Origin: Eledone cirrhosa
Taxonomy: Eukaryota
DNA length: 29,000 nt
Reading direction: 5' to 3'
Assembly (NCBI GenBank): GCA_964016885.1
Contig: CAXHJY010001143.1
Location: forward strand, 1-29,000
Made by a program: the position numbers and the translations under genes
In this document: positions 10,072 through 26,890 of the stretch, piece by piece
Layout of the letters: the number at the start of each line of letters is the position of its first letter
How positions within the stretch are numbered: the stretch's first letter is position 1
The notes under the pieces: model-generated
Told to the model about the DNA's origin: nothing
What the model saw: the letters and a program-made list of their open reading frames with translations, nothing else
The model's database searches: none

Positions 10072-12818
10072 TCATCATCGTTTAACGTCCATATTCCACG
10101 CTTGCATGGGTTTGGACGGGAGTTTTCCCACTTGAGGCAAGAGTGGTTGTCTTGCTCGCATAGCACTGTCTGGCGGGTTTTCTACGGCTGGATGCCCTTC
10201 CTAACACCAACCACATTTACAGTGTGGGCTGGGAGGTTTTTACCGTGTTGCCTACACGGCCACATTACAGCGTGGACTGTGTGTTTTTTTTTTGTCGTGA
10301 CACATACACGATCTCATTTGTTTCGGGCTGGATGTTGTGGTACCAACATAACTTTACATTGAAAGGGGTGGTGTGGATGGGGTGGGAGTAGTGGGACGGG
10401 GGTGTATTTTGTTAGAGGTGCCTACTGACTGTAGTAGGTTTCACTTTGTACTTAGGTAATGCGGGTCTTCTCTATTACTGTGTAGCGCCAAAGGTCTCGG
10501 TCCAGTGACATTGTCTTGGAGAGGTGTGTGAGGTCGGAATTTATCAAGTCGTCCCAGGTTTTTCTGGGTCTGCCTACTCCGTGGCTACCGTCTATTTTTA
10601 TTGCCCTGCACATTTTTATACAGCTGTCGTCTTTCATGCGCATCACGTGACTATACCAATGTAGTCTTCTCTCGAGTAAACAACATCTGATCCCTCTTAT
10701 TTCTAATTATTCCCTTAGTTCGTTTATGCTTTGCCGTTCACATATATTACTATTACATATCCAGCGGAGCATGCAAGCTTCGTTTCTCTCCAGTCTGCGT
10801 ATATCCTCTGCACACAATGCCCAGGTCTCACTGCCATGCAACATTGCTGTTCGTATGCAGGCATCATACAGCCTGCCTTTCATTTTTAGAGAGAACCCTT
10901 TAGTGGCTAATAGTGGTATAAGCTCTCTGAACTTTTTCCATCCAGTTCTGACTCTAGCTACTGTACTTTCAGAGCACCCTCCCCCACTGCTGATTTTGTC
11001 ACCCAGGTAACGGAAGCTGTCCACTATTTCTATAGAACCATCTGTGCAATGGAGTGAGCTAGTATTTTTTGGGCACTTGCTGCTACTTATTGCACCAGAG
11101 CACCGGCCACATATAAAATCTATGTTGTTAGTTAGTTTACCTGTGATCCCACTACATCTTTTATGCACCCATACTTTGCATATGGGACATAAAATGGCGT
11201 TTCTACCTACTCCATTCCTACACACTGAGCATGGCCATTTCCCGGATGGGACCGGCGCCATATTTTCCTTACTACAAACTAGAACTTTAGTCTTAGACAG
11301 GTTAATTTTAAGGTCCTTTGATTCTAGGCCATGCTTCCATGTTTGGAGTTTCTTCTCTAGTTCGGCCATTGATTCAGCTATGAGCGTTAGATCATCTGCG
11401 TATAGGAGTTCCCATGGGCAACCAGTCTTGAACTCCACAGTTATAGCCTGAAGGGCAATAATAAATAGTAGGGGGCTAAGAACAGAGCCCTGATGAACAC
11501 CAACTTTTGCGCTAAACTCTTCACTATATTCGTTGTTAATTCTAACCTTGCTGACTGTTTCTTTATACATGGCTTGTATAGCTCTCACAAGCCATTCATC
11601 AACAGCTAGTTTTCAATTCTCTCTCTGATTAGTTACGCTATTACTTTTTCTGTGACCTTCATGACTTGGTAAATTAATTTAATGCCTCTATAGTTACTCA
11701 TATCTAGGACATCTCCTTTACCCTTGTAGCAGTTAATGATGATGCTGCTATGCCAGTTCTTCGGAACAACCCCATTCTGTATGACTTGGTTTACTATCCG
11801 GGTGACCATGGTGTGTCCCACCGTTCCAGAAGCTTTCAGCATTTCAGCAACTATTTCCGAAGGCCCAGCCGCCTTACCCGTCTTCATATCTTTGATTGCC
11901 TTACTTATTATACTACCTTCGACTAACACTGCTGGTCCCTCTATTGGGTCGATGTGGGGGAGACTGTCTTTCTCCCATTTATTCTCCTCATTTAGTAGCC
12001 TTTCGTAGTGACACTTCCAACCTACCTTCTTATCAGCGTCAGTGATGGCAAGTACGCCATAATCATTAAGGACACACTTCTCCCCACTAATATCACGGTT
12101 TTCCTTGACACATTGCCTAGCAATCCTGAACAGCTCACGTTTTTGGTCCTCGCGTTGTAGAACATGCTTGAACTTTCTTTCCTCTGCTTCCCTTCTTGCG
12201 AAGTACACTTGTCTCCTAGCTTCCCTCCTAGCCACTTGATAGTCTTCTCTACTTCCCCCATCCTGCCATACTTTCCAAGCCTGCTTTTTGGCCTTAATTG
12301 ACTCCTCCAACTTACTGTTGCACCACCATGTTACTCTCCTCCTGCCTATAGGCCTGCTCCAGCCACAGACTTCGTCTGCCGCCATCAGCAGGTTAGCTTT
12401 CAGGAATTCCCACTGTTCCTCTATATTGCACGACTCTAAATGCTCTTCGAAAGCATCAAGTAATATGCTCTTAAATTTATTCCTGGCTGTGGGGTCCTTT
12501 AGCTTCCATATTTTTCTCCTGAGGATAGTCCTCTTCTGCTGTCGAGTACGTCTCGTCCTGACTATGAGGTCGCTAATTATCAGTCTATTTGAGAGGTGCA
12601 TTCTTCATGGGGGAGGGATTTAGTGTTTACAACAGACACTCTGTCACGTCTTCTGGTAAGGATATAATCTACCTGGCTGGTATGTTCCCCTGATCTGTAA
12701 GTGATCAAGTGATTGTCTCGTTTTTTGAAAGTTAGTGTTACAGATAGTTAGGTTATTTGCGTCACAGGATTCTGGAGCCTTCCTCATTTCTAGTACCAAA
12801 CACATAGCCTCCGTGGAT
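10072..12818 (-). mobile_element. RTE LINE, 5'-truncated decayed copy (partial APE + RT pseudogene)
   Basis: Homologous to 16418-19340; ORF fragments 11633-12601, 10707-11588 (YADD, PHD, FRYLG) and 10452-10646; stops, frameshifts and a ~178-bp deletion at about 11613. Confidence 0.97.
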
Positions 12819-12839
12819 ATATATATATATGTATATATA

Positions 12840-12880
<41 letters not shown>

Positions 12881-12939
12881 GTGTATATATATGTGTGTAT
12901 ATATATGTGTATATATGTGTATATATATGTATATATGTG

Positions 12940-12991
<52 letters not shown>

Positions 12992-13299
12992 TATATGTGT
13001 ATATATATGTGTGTGTGTATATATGTGTGTGTGTATATATATGTGTGTGTATATATATATATGTATATATATGTGTATATATATGTATATATATATATGT
13101 ATATATATGTATATATATATATGTATATATATGTGTATATATATATATGTATATATATATGTGTATATGTATATATATATATATATGTGTATATGTATAT
13201 ATATATATATGTGTGTATATGTATATATATATATATATGTGTATATGTATATATATATATATGTGTATATGTATATATATATATATATATGTGTGTATA

Positions 13300-13372
<73 letters not shown>

Positions 13373-13443
13373 GTGTGTATATATATATGTGTATATATAT
13401 GTGTATATATATATGTGTATATATATATGTGTATATATATATG

Positions 13444-13476
<33 letters not shown>

Positions 13477-13735
13477 GTGTATATATATATGTGTATATAT
13501 ATATATATGTATATATATATATGTATATATGTATATATATATATATGTATATATGTATATATATGTGTATATATATATATATGTATATATGTATATATAT
13601 GTATATATGTATATATATGTGTATATATATATATATGTATATATGTATATATATATGTATATATATATATATATGTATATATATATGTATATATGTATGT
13701 ATATATATATATGTATATATGTATATATATATATG

Positions 13736-13767
<32 letters not shown>

Positions 13768-13775
13768 TGTGTATA
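12819..13775. repeat. TA/TG microsatellite array
   Basis: G-interrupted TA array. Confidence 0.99.
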
Positions 13776-14120
13776 TCATCATCATTTCATCATTTCATTT
13801 TACGTCCACTTTTCCCTGCTTGCAAGGGTGGGACGGGAACTGATTCTGGCTTGATTTCTACAGCTGGATGCCCTTCCTAACACCAACCTCATTTACAGTG
13901 AGTGCTGGGTGCTTTTTTGCCGTGGCACCTACACGTCCACTTTGCAGTGGAATGATAGGGACCCGAGTCCCTATCATCTCATTTCTACAGCTGAGTAAAC
14001 TGGAGCAATGTGAAATGAAGTGTCTTGCTCAAGGAAACAACACATCACCCGGTCTGAGAATTGAACTCACAACCTTTCGATTGCAAGGCCAATGCTCTAA
14101 CCACTAAGCCATGTGCCTCC
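13776..14120 (-). mobile_element. Full-length tRNA-derived CORE-SINE with RTE-type 3' tail
   Basis: Minus: GGAGGCACA-TGGCTTAGTGG (A box)...GAGTTCAATTC (B box)...CCTTGAGCAAGACACTTCATTTCACATTGCTCCAGTTTACTCAGCTGTAGAAATG (CORE-like), then about 170 bp homologous to the LINE 3' UTR, ending in ATGA/TGA repeats. Confidence 0.88.
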
Positions 14121-14136
14121 ATTATATGTGCCTCTT

Positions 14137-14165
14137 ATATATATATGTGTATATATATATATGTG

Positions 14166-14198
<33 letters not shown>

Positions 14199-14365
14199 GT
14201 GTATATATATATGTGTATATATATATATATATGTGTATATATATATGTGTATATATATATGTGTATATATATATGTGTATATATATATGTATATATATAT
14301 ATATATATGTGTATATATATATGTGTATATATATATGTGTATATATATATGTGTATATATATATG

Positions 14366-14402
<37 letters not shown>

Positions 14403-14427
14403 GTATATATATATGTATATATATATG

Positions 14428-14462
<35 letters not shown>

Positions 14463-14499
14463 GTGTATACATATATATATATATATGTATATATATATG

Positions 14500-14542
<43 letters not shown>

Positions 14543-14543
14543 G

Positions 14544-14586
<43 letters not shown>

Positions 14587-14785
14587 GTATATACATATAT
14601 ATATATGTATATATATATATATGTATATATATATATGTATATATATATGTATATACATATATATATATATGTATATACATATATATATATATATATGTAT
14701 ATATATATGTATATACATATATATATATATATGTATATATATATGTATATACATATGTATATATATATGTATATACATATATATA
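14137..14785. repeat. TA microsatellite array, G-interrupted grading to mixed GTATATACAT units
   Basis: C interruptions first appear at about 14470. Confidence 0.99.
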
Positions 14786-15531
14786 TGTATTCTTTGTTAT
14801 TTATTAAGGTTTAAATACGGTGTTTTTGTCGTATTGAACAGAACAAATCTTGCAGTTTTGCTTTTTGTTACTCGCTGGTAAACATTCATAACCTTCCAGC
14901 TAGCTAATTCTATCGTATTCTCCAATCCCTTAATTCCATCGTATTCCCAAACAAAAAAAACAAAATCCTTCCCATTCTTAATTCTATCGTATCCTCCAAT
15001 TCCCTAATTCTATCGTATTCTCAAACAAAAAAACAAAAAACAACAAAATCCTTTCCATTCTACTTCTTATAATTTACTTTAAATATATATATCATGCTAC
15101 CTCGAAAGTCAAAAATCCCGCTCATACACCCTTCACCCACCATTTTCTTCACGAGGGGTTGCGGTCAGCCACTCTCTCTCTCTCTCTCTCCCCCTTCCCA
15201 CTCTCTCTCTCTCTCTCTTAGCTACACACACACACACACATATATATATAAGATAAATTCCCGTTCATGTTTATTCACTTTCGCCAAACAATTGCTGCTT
15301 CAACTACCCCTACTACGGTGTAACCATGTAATCGTAACGTTCACGTTTTTCCTATCTCCTCCACACACCACAATTTCGTACAAACATCCAATCCCGCAAA
15401 ATCCGAAATCTGTATTTTTTGTTATTTATTAAGGTTTAAATACGGTGTTTTTGTCGTATTGAACAGAACAAATCTTGCAGTTTTGCTTTTTGTTACTCGC
15501 TGGTAAACATTCATAACCTTCCAGCTAGCTA
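14786..15531. repeat. 121-bp direct repeat (14786-14906 / 15411-15531) enclosing ~75-80-bp tandem subrepeats and CT/CA/TA tracts
   Basis: Copies differ by 1 base, offset 625; TAATTCYATCGTATYCYC unit occurs four times at 14905-15022. Confidence 0.95.
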
Positions 15532-15547
15532 CCCCACATCCCTCCCA

Positions 15548-15697
15548 CCCGCCCCCACACACCACCGTTCTTAATACGTGGACCAATCATAAGCCAGAGA
15601 CCCCCCCCACACGCATCACCATTATTACTATAAGCCAGAGACCCCCCCCACACGCATCACCATTATTATTATTACGCGGACCAATCATAAGCCAGAG
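15548..15697 (+). promoter_or_regulatory. Putative internal Pol II promoter of the LINE (GC box + two CCAAT boxes within 41-bp tandem repeats)
   Basis: CCCGCCCCC at 15548-15556; GGACCAATCA with CCAAT at 15583 and 15681; duplicated ATAAGCCAGAGACCCCCCCCACACGCATCACCATTATTA. Confidence 0.4.
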
Positions 15698-15892
15698 GCC
15701 TATACTATCGCTTGCACGGTTGCCTTCGATATATGATGGATGGATGGATGGATGGACGGACTGCGGAATCCTGGAGAGTGGAGGGGAGAGAAAAATCTGG
15801 ACGCTCAGAGCGAAAATGCCAATGCTAAAGTCAAATTCACCTCGTGGACGAGAATGCGAGCACTCTTCTTTGTTTCGCCCGCGGATGGCTAA

Positions 15893-18800
15893 CATAACCC
15901 CATCTCCCCCCGCCCCACACCACCCCCACCCTCCAAACGCGATCCAAACTTCAGAGTTGGTACCATAAATGTAGGCACCCTAAAGGGGCGCGCTAACGAG
16001 GTTGTAGAAATGCTTGAACGTAAGGAGGTCGATGTTTGTTGTATTCAAGAGACCAGGTGGAGGGGTGGGTCTGCTAGATTCATTGAGGGTAAAAAACGAT
16101 GTTATAAGCTTTTCTGGGTGGGAAACGACGATGGGCTGGGTGGAGTAGGAATCATGGTAGCAGAAAAGTGGGCGGATAAGATAATAGACGTAAATAGAGT
16201 GAACGACAGAATAATTAAAATACGACTTGTCCTCAATAGAACTACGGTGACAGTAATATCTGCGTATGCACCCCAATCCGGACTGCCCGGCACTATAAAA
16301 GACAGATTCTATGAGACACTGATGCTCACTACCTCCCAAATATCTGACAGTGACTATATAATTATTGCAGGCGACCTAAATGGTCACGTTGGGCAACATT
16401 GTGACGGCTACGACGAAATCCATGGAGGCTATGGGTTTGGTACTAGAAATGAGGAAGGCTCCAGAATCCTGGAATTCTGTGATGCAAATAACCTAACTAT
16501 CTGTAACACTAACTTCAAAAAACGTGACAATCACCTGATCACCTATAGATCCGGGGAACACACAAGCCAGGTAGATTATATCCTTACCAGAAGACGTGAC
16601 AGAGTGTCTGTTGTAAACACTAAATCCCTCCCCCATGAAGAATGCACCTCCCAACATAGACTGATAATTAGCGACCTCATAGTCAGGTCGAGACGTACTC
16701 GACAGCAGAAGAGGACTATCCTCAGGAGAAAAATATGGAAGCTAAAGGACCCCACAGCCAAAAATAAATTTCAAAACATATTACTTGATGCTTTCGACAG
16801 TAAGGAAGAACACTTAGAGTCGGACAATATAGAGGGACAGTGAGAATTTCTGAAAGCAAACCTGCTGTTGGCCACAGACGAAGTCTGTGGCTGGAGCAGG
16901 CCTGTAGGCAGGAGGAGAGTAACATGGTGGTGGAACAGTAAGGTGGAGGAGTCAATTAAGGCCAAAAAGCAGGCTTGGAAAGTATGGCGGGATGGGGGAA
17001 GTAGAGTAGACTATCAAGTGGCCAGGAGGGAAGCTAGGAGAGAAGTGTACTTAGCAAGAAGGGAAGCTGAGGAAAGAAAGTTCAAGCATGTCCTACAACG
17101 CGATGACCAAAAACGTGAGGTGTTCAGGATTGCTAGGCAATGCGTCAAGGAAAATCGTGATATTGTCGGGGAGAAGTGTGTACTTAACGATGATGGCATA
17201 CTTGCCATCACCGACACTGATAAGAAGGCAGCTTGGAAGTGTCACTATGAAAGGCTACTAAATGAGGAGAATAAATGGGAGAAAGACAGTCTCCCCCATG
17301 TCGACCCAATAGAGGGACCAGCAGTGTTAGTCGAGGGGAGTATAATAAGTAAGGCAATCAAGGATATGAAGACAGGTAAGGCGGCTGGGCCTTCGGAAAT
17401 AGTTGCTGAGATGCTGAAGGCATCTGGCACGGTGGGACACACCATGGTCACCCGCATAGTTAACCAAGTCGTACAGAATGGGGTTGTTCCGAAGGACTGG
17501 CATAGCAGCATCATCGTTAACTGTTATAAGGGTAAAGGAGACGCCCTAGATAGGAGTAACTATAGAGGCATTAAATTAATCGACCAGGTCATGAAGGTCA
17601 CAGAAAAAGTAATAGCGCAACTAATCAGAGAGAGAATTGACCTAGATGAAATGCAGTTCGGGTTTGTGTCAGGCAAAAGTACCACAGACGCTCTTTTCAT
17701 AGTACGACAACTACAGGAGAAGTACCTAGCTAAAGGTAAACCCCTCTACTTAGCTTTTGTCGACTTGGAGAAAGCCTTCGACAGAGTCCCCCGCTCCATT
17801 ATCTGGTGGGCTCTTAGAAAACTAGGCGTTGACGAATGGCTTGTGAGGGCTATACAAGCCATGTATAAAGAAACAGTCAGCAAGGTTAGAATTAACAACG
17901 AATATAGTGAAGAGTTTAGCGTAAAAGTTGGCGTCCATCAGGGCTCTGTTCTCAGCCCCCTACTATTTATTATTGCCCTTCAGGCTATAACAGAGGAGTT
18001 CAAGACAGGCTGCCCATGGGAACTCCTATACGCAGACGACCTGACACTCATAGCGGAATCAATGGCCGAGCTAGAGAAGAAATTCCAAACATGGAAGCAC
18101 GGCCTAGAGTCAAAAGGACTTAAAATTAACCTGGCTAAGACCAAAGTTCTAGTTTGTAGGAAAGAAAACAAGGCGGCGGTCCCTTCTGGGAAATGGTCGT
18201 GCTCGGTGTGTAGGAAAGGCGTAGGTAGAAACTCCATTTTGTGTCCTAAATGCAAAGTATGGGTGCATAAAAGATGTAGTGGGATCACAGGTAAGCTAAC
18301 TAAGAACATAGATTTTACATGTGGCCGGTGTTCTGGTGCAATAAGTAGCAGCAAGTGCCCACACAATACTAGCTCTTTCAATTGCGCAGAGGGTTCTATA
18401 GAAATAGTGGACAGCTTCCGTTACCTGGGCGATAAAATCAGCAGTGGGGGAGGGTGCTCTGAAAATACTGTAGCTAGAGTCAGAACTGGTTGGAAAAAGT
18501 TCAGAGAGCTTATACCACTATTAGCTGCTAAAGGGTTCTCCCTAAAAATGAAAGGCAGGTTGTACGATGCCTGCATACGAACAGCAATGTTGCATGGCAG
18601 TGAGACCTGGGCATTGTGTGCAGAGGATATACGCAGACTAGAGAGGAACGAAGCTTGCATGCTCCGCTGGATGTGTAACAGTAATATACGTGAACGGCAA
18701 AGCATAAACGAACTAAGGAAAAAATTAGAGATAAGAGGGATCAGATGTTGTTTACTCGAGAGAAGGCTACGTTGGTATGGACACGTGATGCGCATGAAAG

Positions 18801-18997
18801 TCGATAGCTGTATAACAAAGTGCAGGGCAATAAAGATAGACGGTAGCCACGGAATAGGCAGACCTAGAAAAACCTGGGACGAGCTGATAAACTCCGACCT
18901 CACACACTTACACCTCTCCAAGACAATGTCACTGGACCGAGACCTTTGGCGGTACTCAGTAACAGAGAAGACCCGCCTTGCCAGTAGGCATCTCTAA
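15893..18997 (+). pseudogene. RTE pol ORF: APE endonuclease + reverse transcriptase + PHD-type finger, one in-frame TGA at 16841-16843
   Basis: ORFs 16010-16843 and 16868-18997 share a frame that is open from 15893. APE motifs GTINVGTL, IQETRW, SAYAPQ, AGDLNGHVG, SQVDY, SQHR; RT motifs NYRGIKL, QFGF, FVDLEKAFD, GVHQGSVLSPLLF, YADD (18029-18040), FRYLG. Confidence 0.96.
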
Positions 18998-19355
18998 CAA
19001 AATACACCCCGTCCCACCACCACCACCCCCACCCCCATCCACACCACCCCGTCCTATGTAAAGTTATGTTGGTGCCGCGCCATCCGGGCCGAAACAAAGA
19101 GATCGTGTAGGTGTCACGACAAAAAAACACACAGTCCACGCTGTAATGTGGCCGTGTAGGCAACACGGTAAAAACCTCCCAGACCCACACTGTAAATGTG
19201 GTTGGTGTTAGGAAGGGCATCCAACTGTAGAAAACCTGCCAGACAGTCCTATGCGAGCAAGACAATCACTCTTGCCTCAAGTGGGACTACCCCCGTCCAA
19301 ACCCATGCAAGCGTGGAACACGGACGTTAAACGTTGATGATGATGATGATGATGA

Positions 19356-19747
19356 TATATATATGTATATATATATGTATATACATATATATATATATGT
19401 ATATATATATGTATATACATATATATATATATATGTATATACATATATATATACATATATATATATATATGTATATACATATATATATATATATATACAT
19501 ACATATATATATATATACATACATATATATATATACATACATATATATATATACATACATATATATATATACATATATATATATACATATATATATATAC
19601 ATACATATATATATATACATACATATATATATACATACATATATATATATACATACATATATACATACATATATATATACATACATATATATATATACAT
19701 ACATATATATATACAAACATATATATATATACATACATATATATATG

Positions 19748-19780
<33 letters not shown>

Positions 19781-19790
19781 ACATACATAC

Positions 19791-19825
<35 letters not shown>

Positions 19826-19968
19826 CATACATATATATATACATACATATATATATACATACATATATATATACATACATATATATATATATACATACAT
19901 ATATATATATACATACATATATATATATACATACATATATATATACATACATATATATATATACATAC

Positions 19969-19999
<31 letters not shown>

Positions 20000-20289
20000 C
20001 ATATATATATATACATACATATATATATATACATACATATATATATATATACATACATATATATATATATACATACATATATATATATACATATATATAT
20101 ATATACATACATATATATATATACATACATATATATATATACATATATATATATATACATACATATATATATACATATATATATATATACATACATATAT
20201 ATATATACATACATATATATATATACATACATACATATATATATACATACATATATATATATACATACATACATATATATATACATACA

Positions 20290-20330
<41 letters not shown>

Positions 20331-20598
20331 ATACATACATATATATACATATATATATACATATATATATATATATAGATACATATATATTATATATATA
20401 TATAGATTACATATATATATACATATATATATTATATATAGATAATACATATATATATACATAAATATATATATACATACATATATATATATATACATAC
20501 ATATATATATATATACATACATATATATATATATACATACATATATATATATACATACATATATATATATATATACATATATATATATTATAACATAC

Positions 20599-20645
<47 letters not shown>

Positions 20646-20705
20646 AATATATATATATATACATACATATATATATATACATACATATATATATATACAT
20701 ACATA

Positions 20706-20743
<38 letters not shown>

Positions 20744-20867
20744 CATATATACATACATATATATACATATATACATACATATACATATATATATACATAT
20801 ATATATATACATATACATATATATATATACATATACATATATACATATATACATATATACATATACA

Positions 20868-20899
<32 letters not shown>

Positions 20900-20960
20900 C
20901 ATATACATATATATATATACATATACATATATACATATACATATATATATATACATATAC

Positions 20961-20997
<37 letters not shown>

Positions 20998-21058
20998 CAT
21001 ATATATATATACATATATATATACATATATATACATACATATATATACATATATATTC

Positions 21059-21100
<42 letters not shown>

Positions 21101-21706
21101 ATATACATATATATATATACATATATATATATATACATATATATATATACATATATATATATACATATATATATATACATATATATATACATATATATAT
21201 ATACATATATATATATACATATATATATATACATATATATATACATATATATATACACATATATATATACACACATATATATATACACATATATATATAC
21301 ATATATATATACATATATATATATACATATATATATACATATATTATATACATATATATATATACATATATATATATACATATATATATATACATATATA
21401 TATATATACATATATATATATACATATACATATATATATATACATATACATATATACATATATATATATACATATATATATATACATATATATATATACA
21501 TATATATATATATACATATATATATATACATATATATATACATATATATATATACATATATATATATATACATACATATACATATATATACATACATATA
21601 TATATACATACATATATATATACATATATATATATACATACATATATATATACATACATATATATATACATACATATATATATACATACATATATATATA
21701 CATACA

Positions 21707-21747
<41 letters not shown>

Positions 21748-21821
21748 ATACATACATATATATACATATATATATATACATACATATATATATATACATA
21801 CATATATATATACATACATAT

Positions 21822-21852
<31 letters not shown>

Positions 21853-22230
21853 CATACATACATATATACATACATACATATATACATACATACATATACA
21901 TACATACATATATACATACATACATATATACATACATATATACATACATATAATACATACATATATACATACATACATATTATACATACATTACATATAT
22001 AAATACATACATATATACATACATATATACATACATATATATATACATACATATATATATATATATACATACATACATACATATACATACATACATACAT
22101 ATACATACATACATATATATATATACATACATATACATACATACATACATATACGTACATACATATATATATATACATACATATATATATATACATACAT
22201 ACATATACATACATACATATATATATATAC
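19356..22230. repeat. TA/TACA microsatellite array
   Basis: 2.9 kb; mixed for the first ~120 bp, then C-interrupted. Confidence 0.99.
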
Positions 22231-22836
22231 ATGGTGGCTGCCAACTCGTTTTCAAGTACGGCCACTGCCTTATATCCATGTAGGAGAACCCCTACCGATG
22301 CGCTGAACGAGTGTGACTTTTTAGTCCAGCCAGCGACCTGAAAACTCTGGTACAAACACTACACCTGTGACAATTACTGACACATAGTGCTGGGTCCATG
22401 GTACCATGTGACGACAGGTGCAGAGAGATCTCCAGATACAAAGCAATGCCTGTGCCGTGAAGCTTTTATAGTGAGCAAAGGCACTGCACAAAGCCAGTCC
22501 CACTCTCTTAACCAAGATGATATTTACCAAAAAGGAGAATAATTCAACATCAGTGGATACCATCAGGTTGCAGGTGTTATATCAGAGTTTTCCTTCTCCT
22601 AGAATTCTGCCTTGACAAAGGCTAAGGGGTCATCTCTCCCGGTGATTTTGGATGGCTATTGACTCGTAAGAGCCCCTTTGCCTTTGACAGGTTTTGTTTT
22701 TAGTCCTGCAGGATGTCCAAAGCCACCCTCCTCACCAAGAAACCTTGGTGGGGTTGCAGTTTAGTCGCCGACGACCCGACCATGAGACAGGTTGTACTGG
22801 GATACATGTTACCATAGCACCAACTGGTGACCTGAC
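22231..22836 (-). mobile_element. Non-autonomous bipartite RTE-derived element, copy 2
   Basis: Reverse complement of 8127-8736 with the same 5' (GTCAGGTCACC) and 3' (GGCAGCCACCAT) ends. Confidence 0.8.

Positions 22837-26890
<4,054 letters not shown>

Larger units (their letters stand above)
14786..19355 (+). mobile_element. Near full-length RTE-clade non-LTR retrotransposon (5' boundary uncertain, 14786 or about 15532)
   Basis: Single APE+RT reading frame, no long ORF1, ~350-bp 3' UTR ending in (TGA)7 at 19335-19355; both flanks are the same mixed GTATATACAT microsatellite. Confidence 0.92.

Noticed and set aside
14050-14120. tRNA gene on the minus strand
   Set aside because: A and B boxes are present, but there is no acceptor stem or cloverleaf and it continues into the CORE domain; it is a SINE head.
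14905-15697. CRISPR-like repeat-spacer pattern
   Set aside because: Repeats are tandem duplications without unique spacers, in eukaryotic retrotransposon context with no cas genes.
15826-15900. HDV-like ribozyme in the LINE 5' UTR (TTC-ACCTCGT-GGA, GGCTAA)
   Set aside because: An L3-like loop is present, but no P1 partner, no P1.1 GG and no P2 pairing were found.
10726-18921. ORFs antisense to the LINE pol frame (e.g. 10726-11010, 11044-11451, 17980-18381, 18421-18921)
   Set aside because: Shadow ORFs of the RT coding strand; their recurrence only reflects LINE copy identity.
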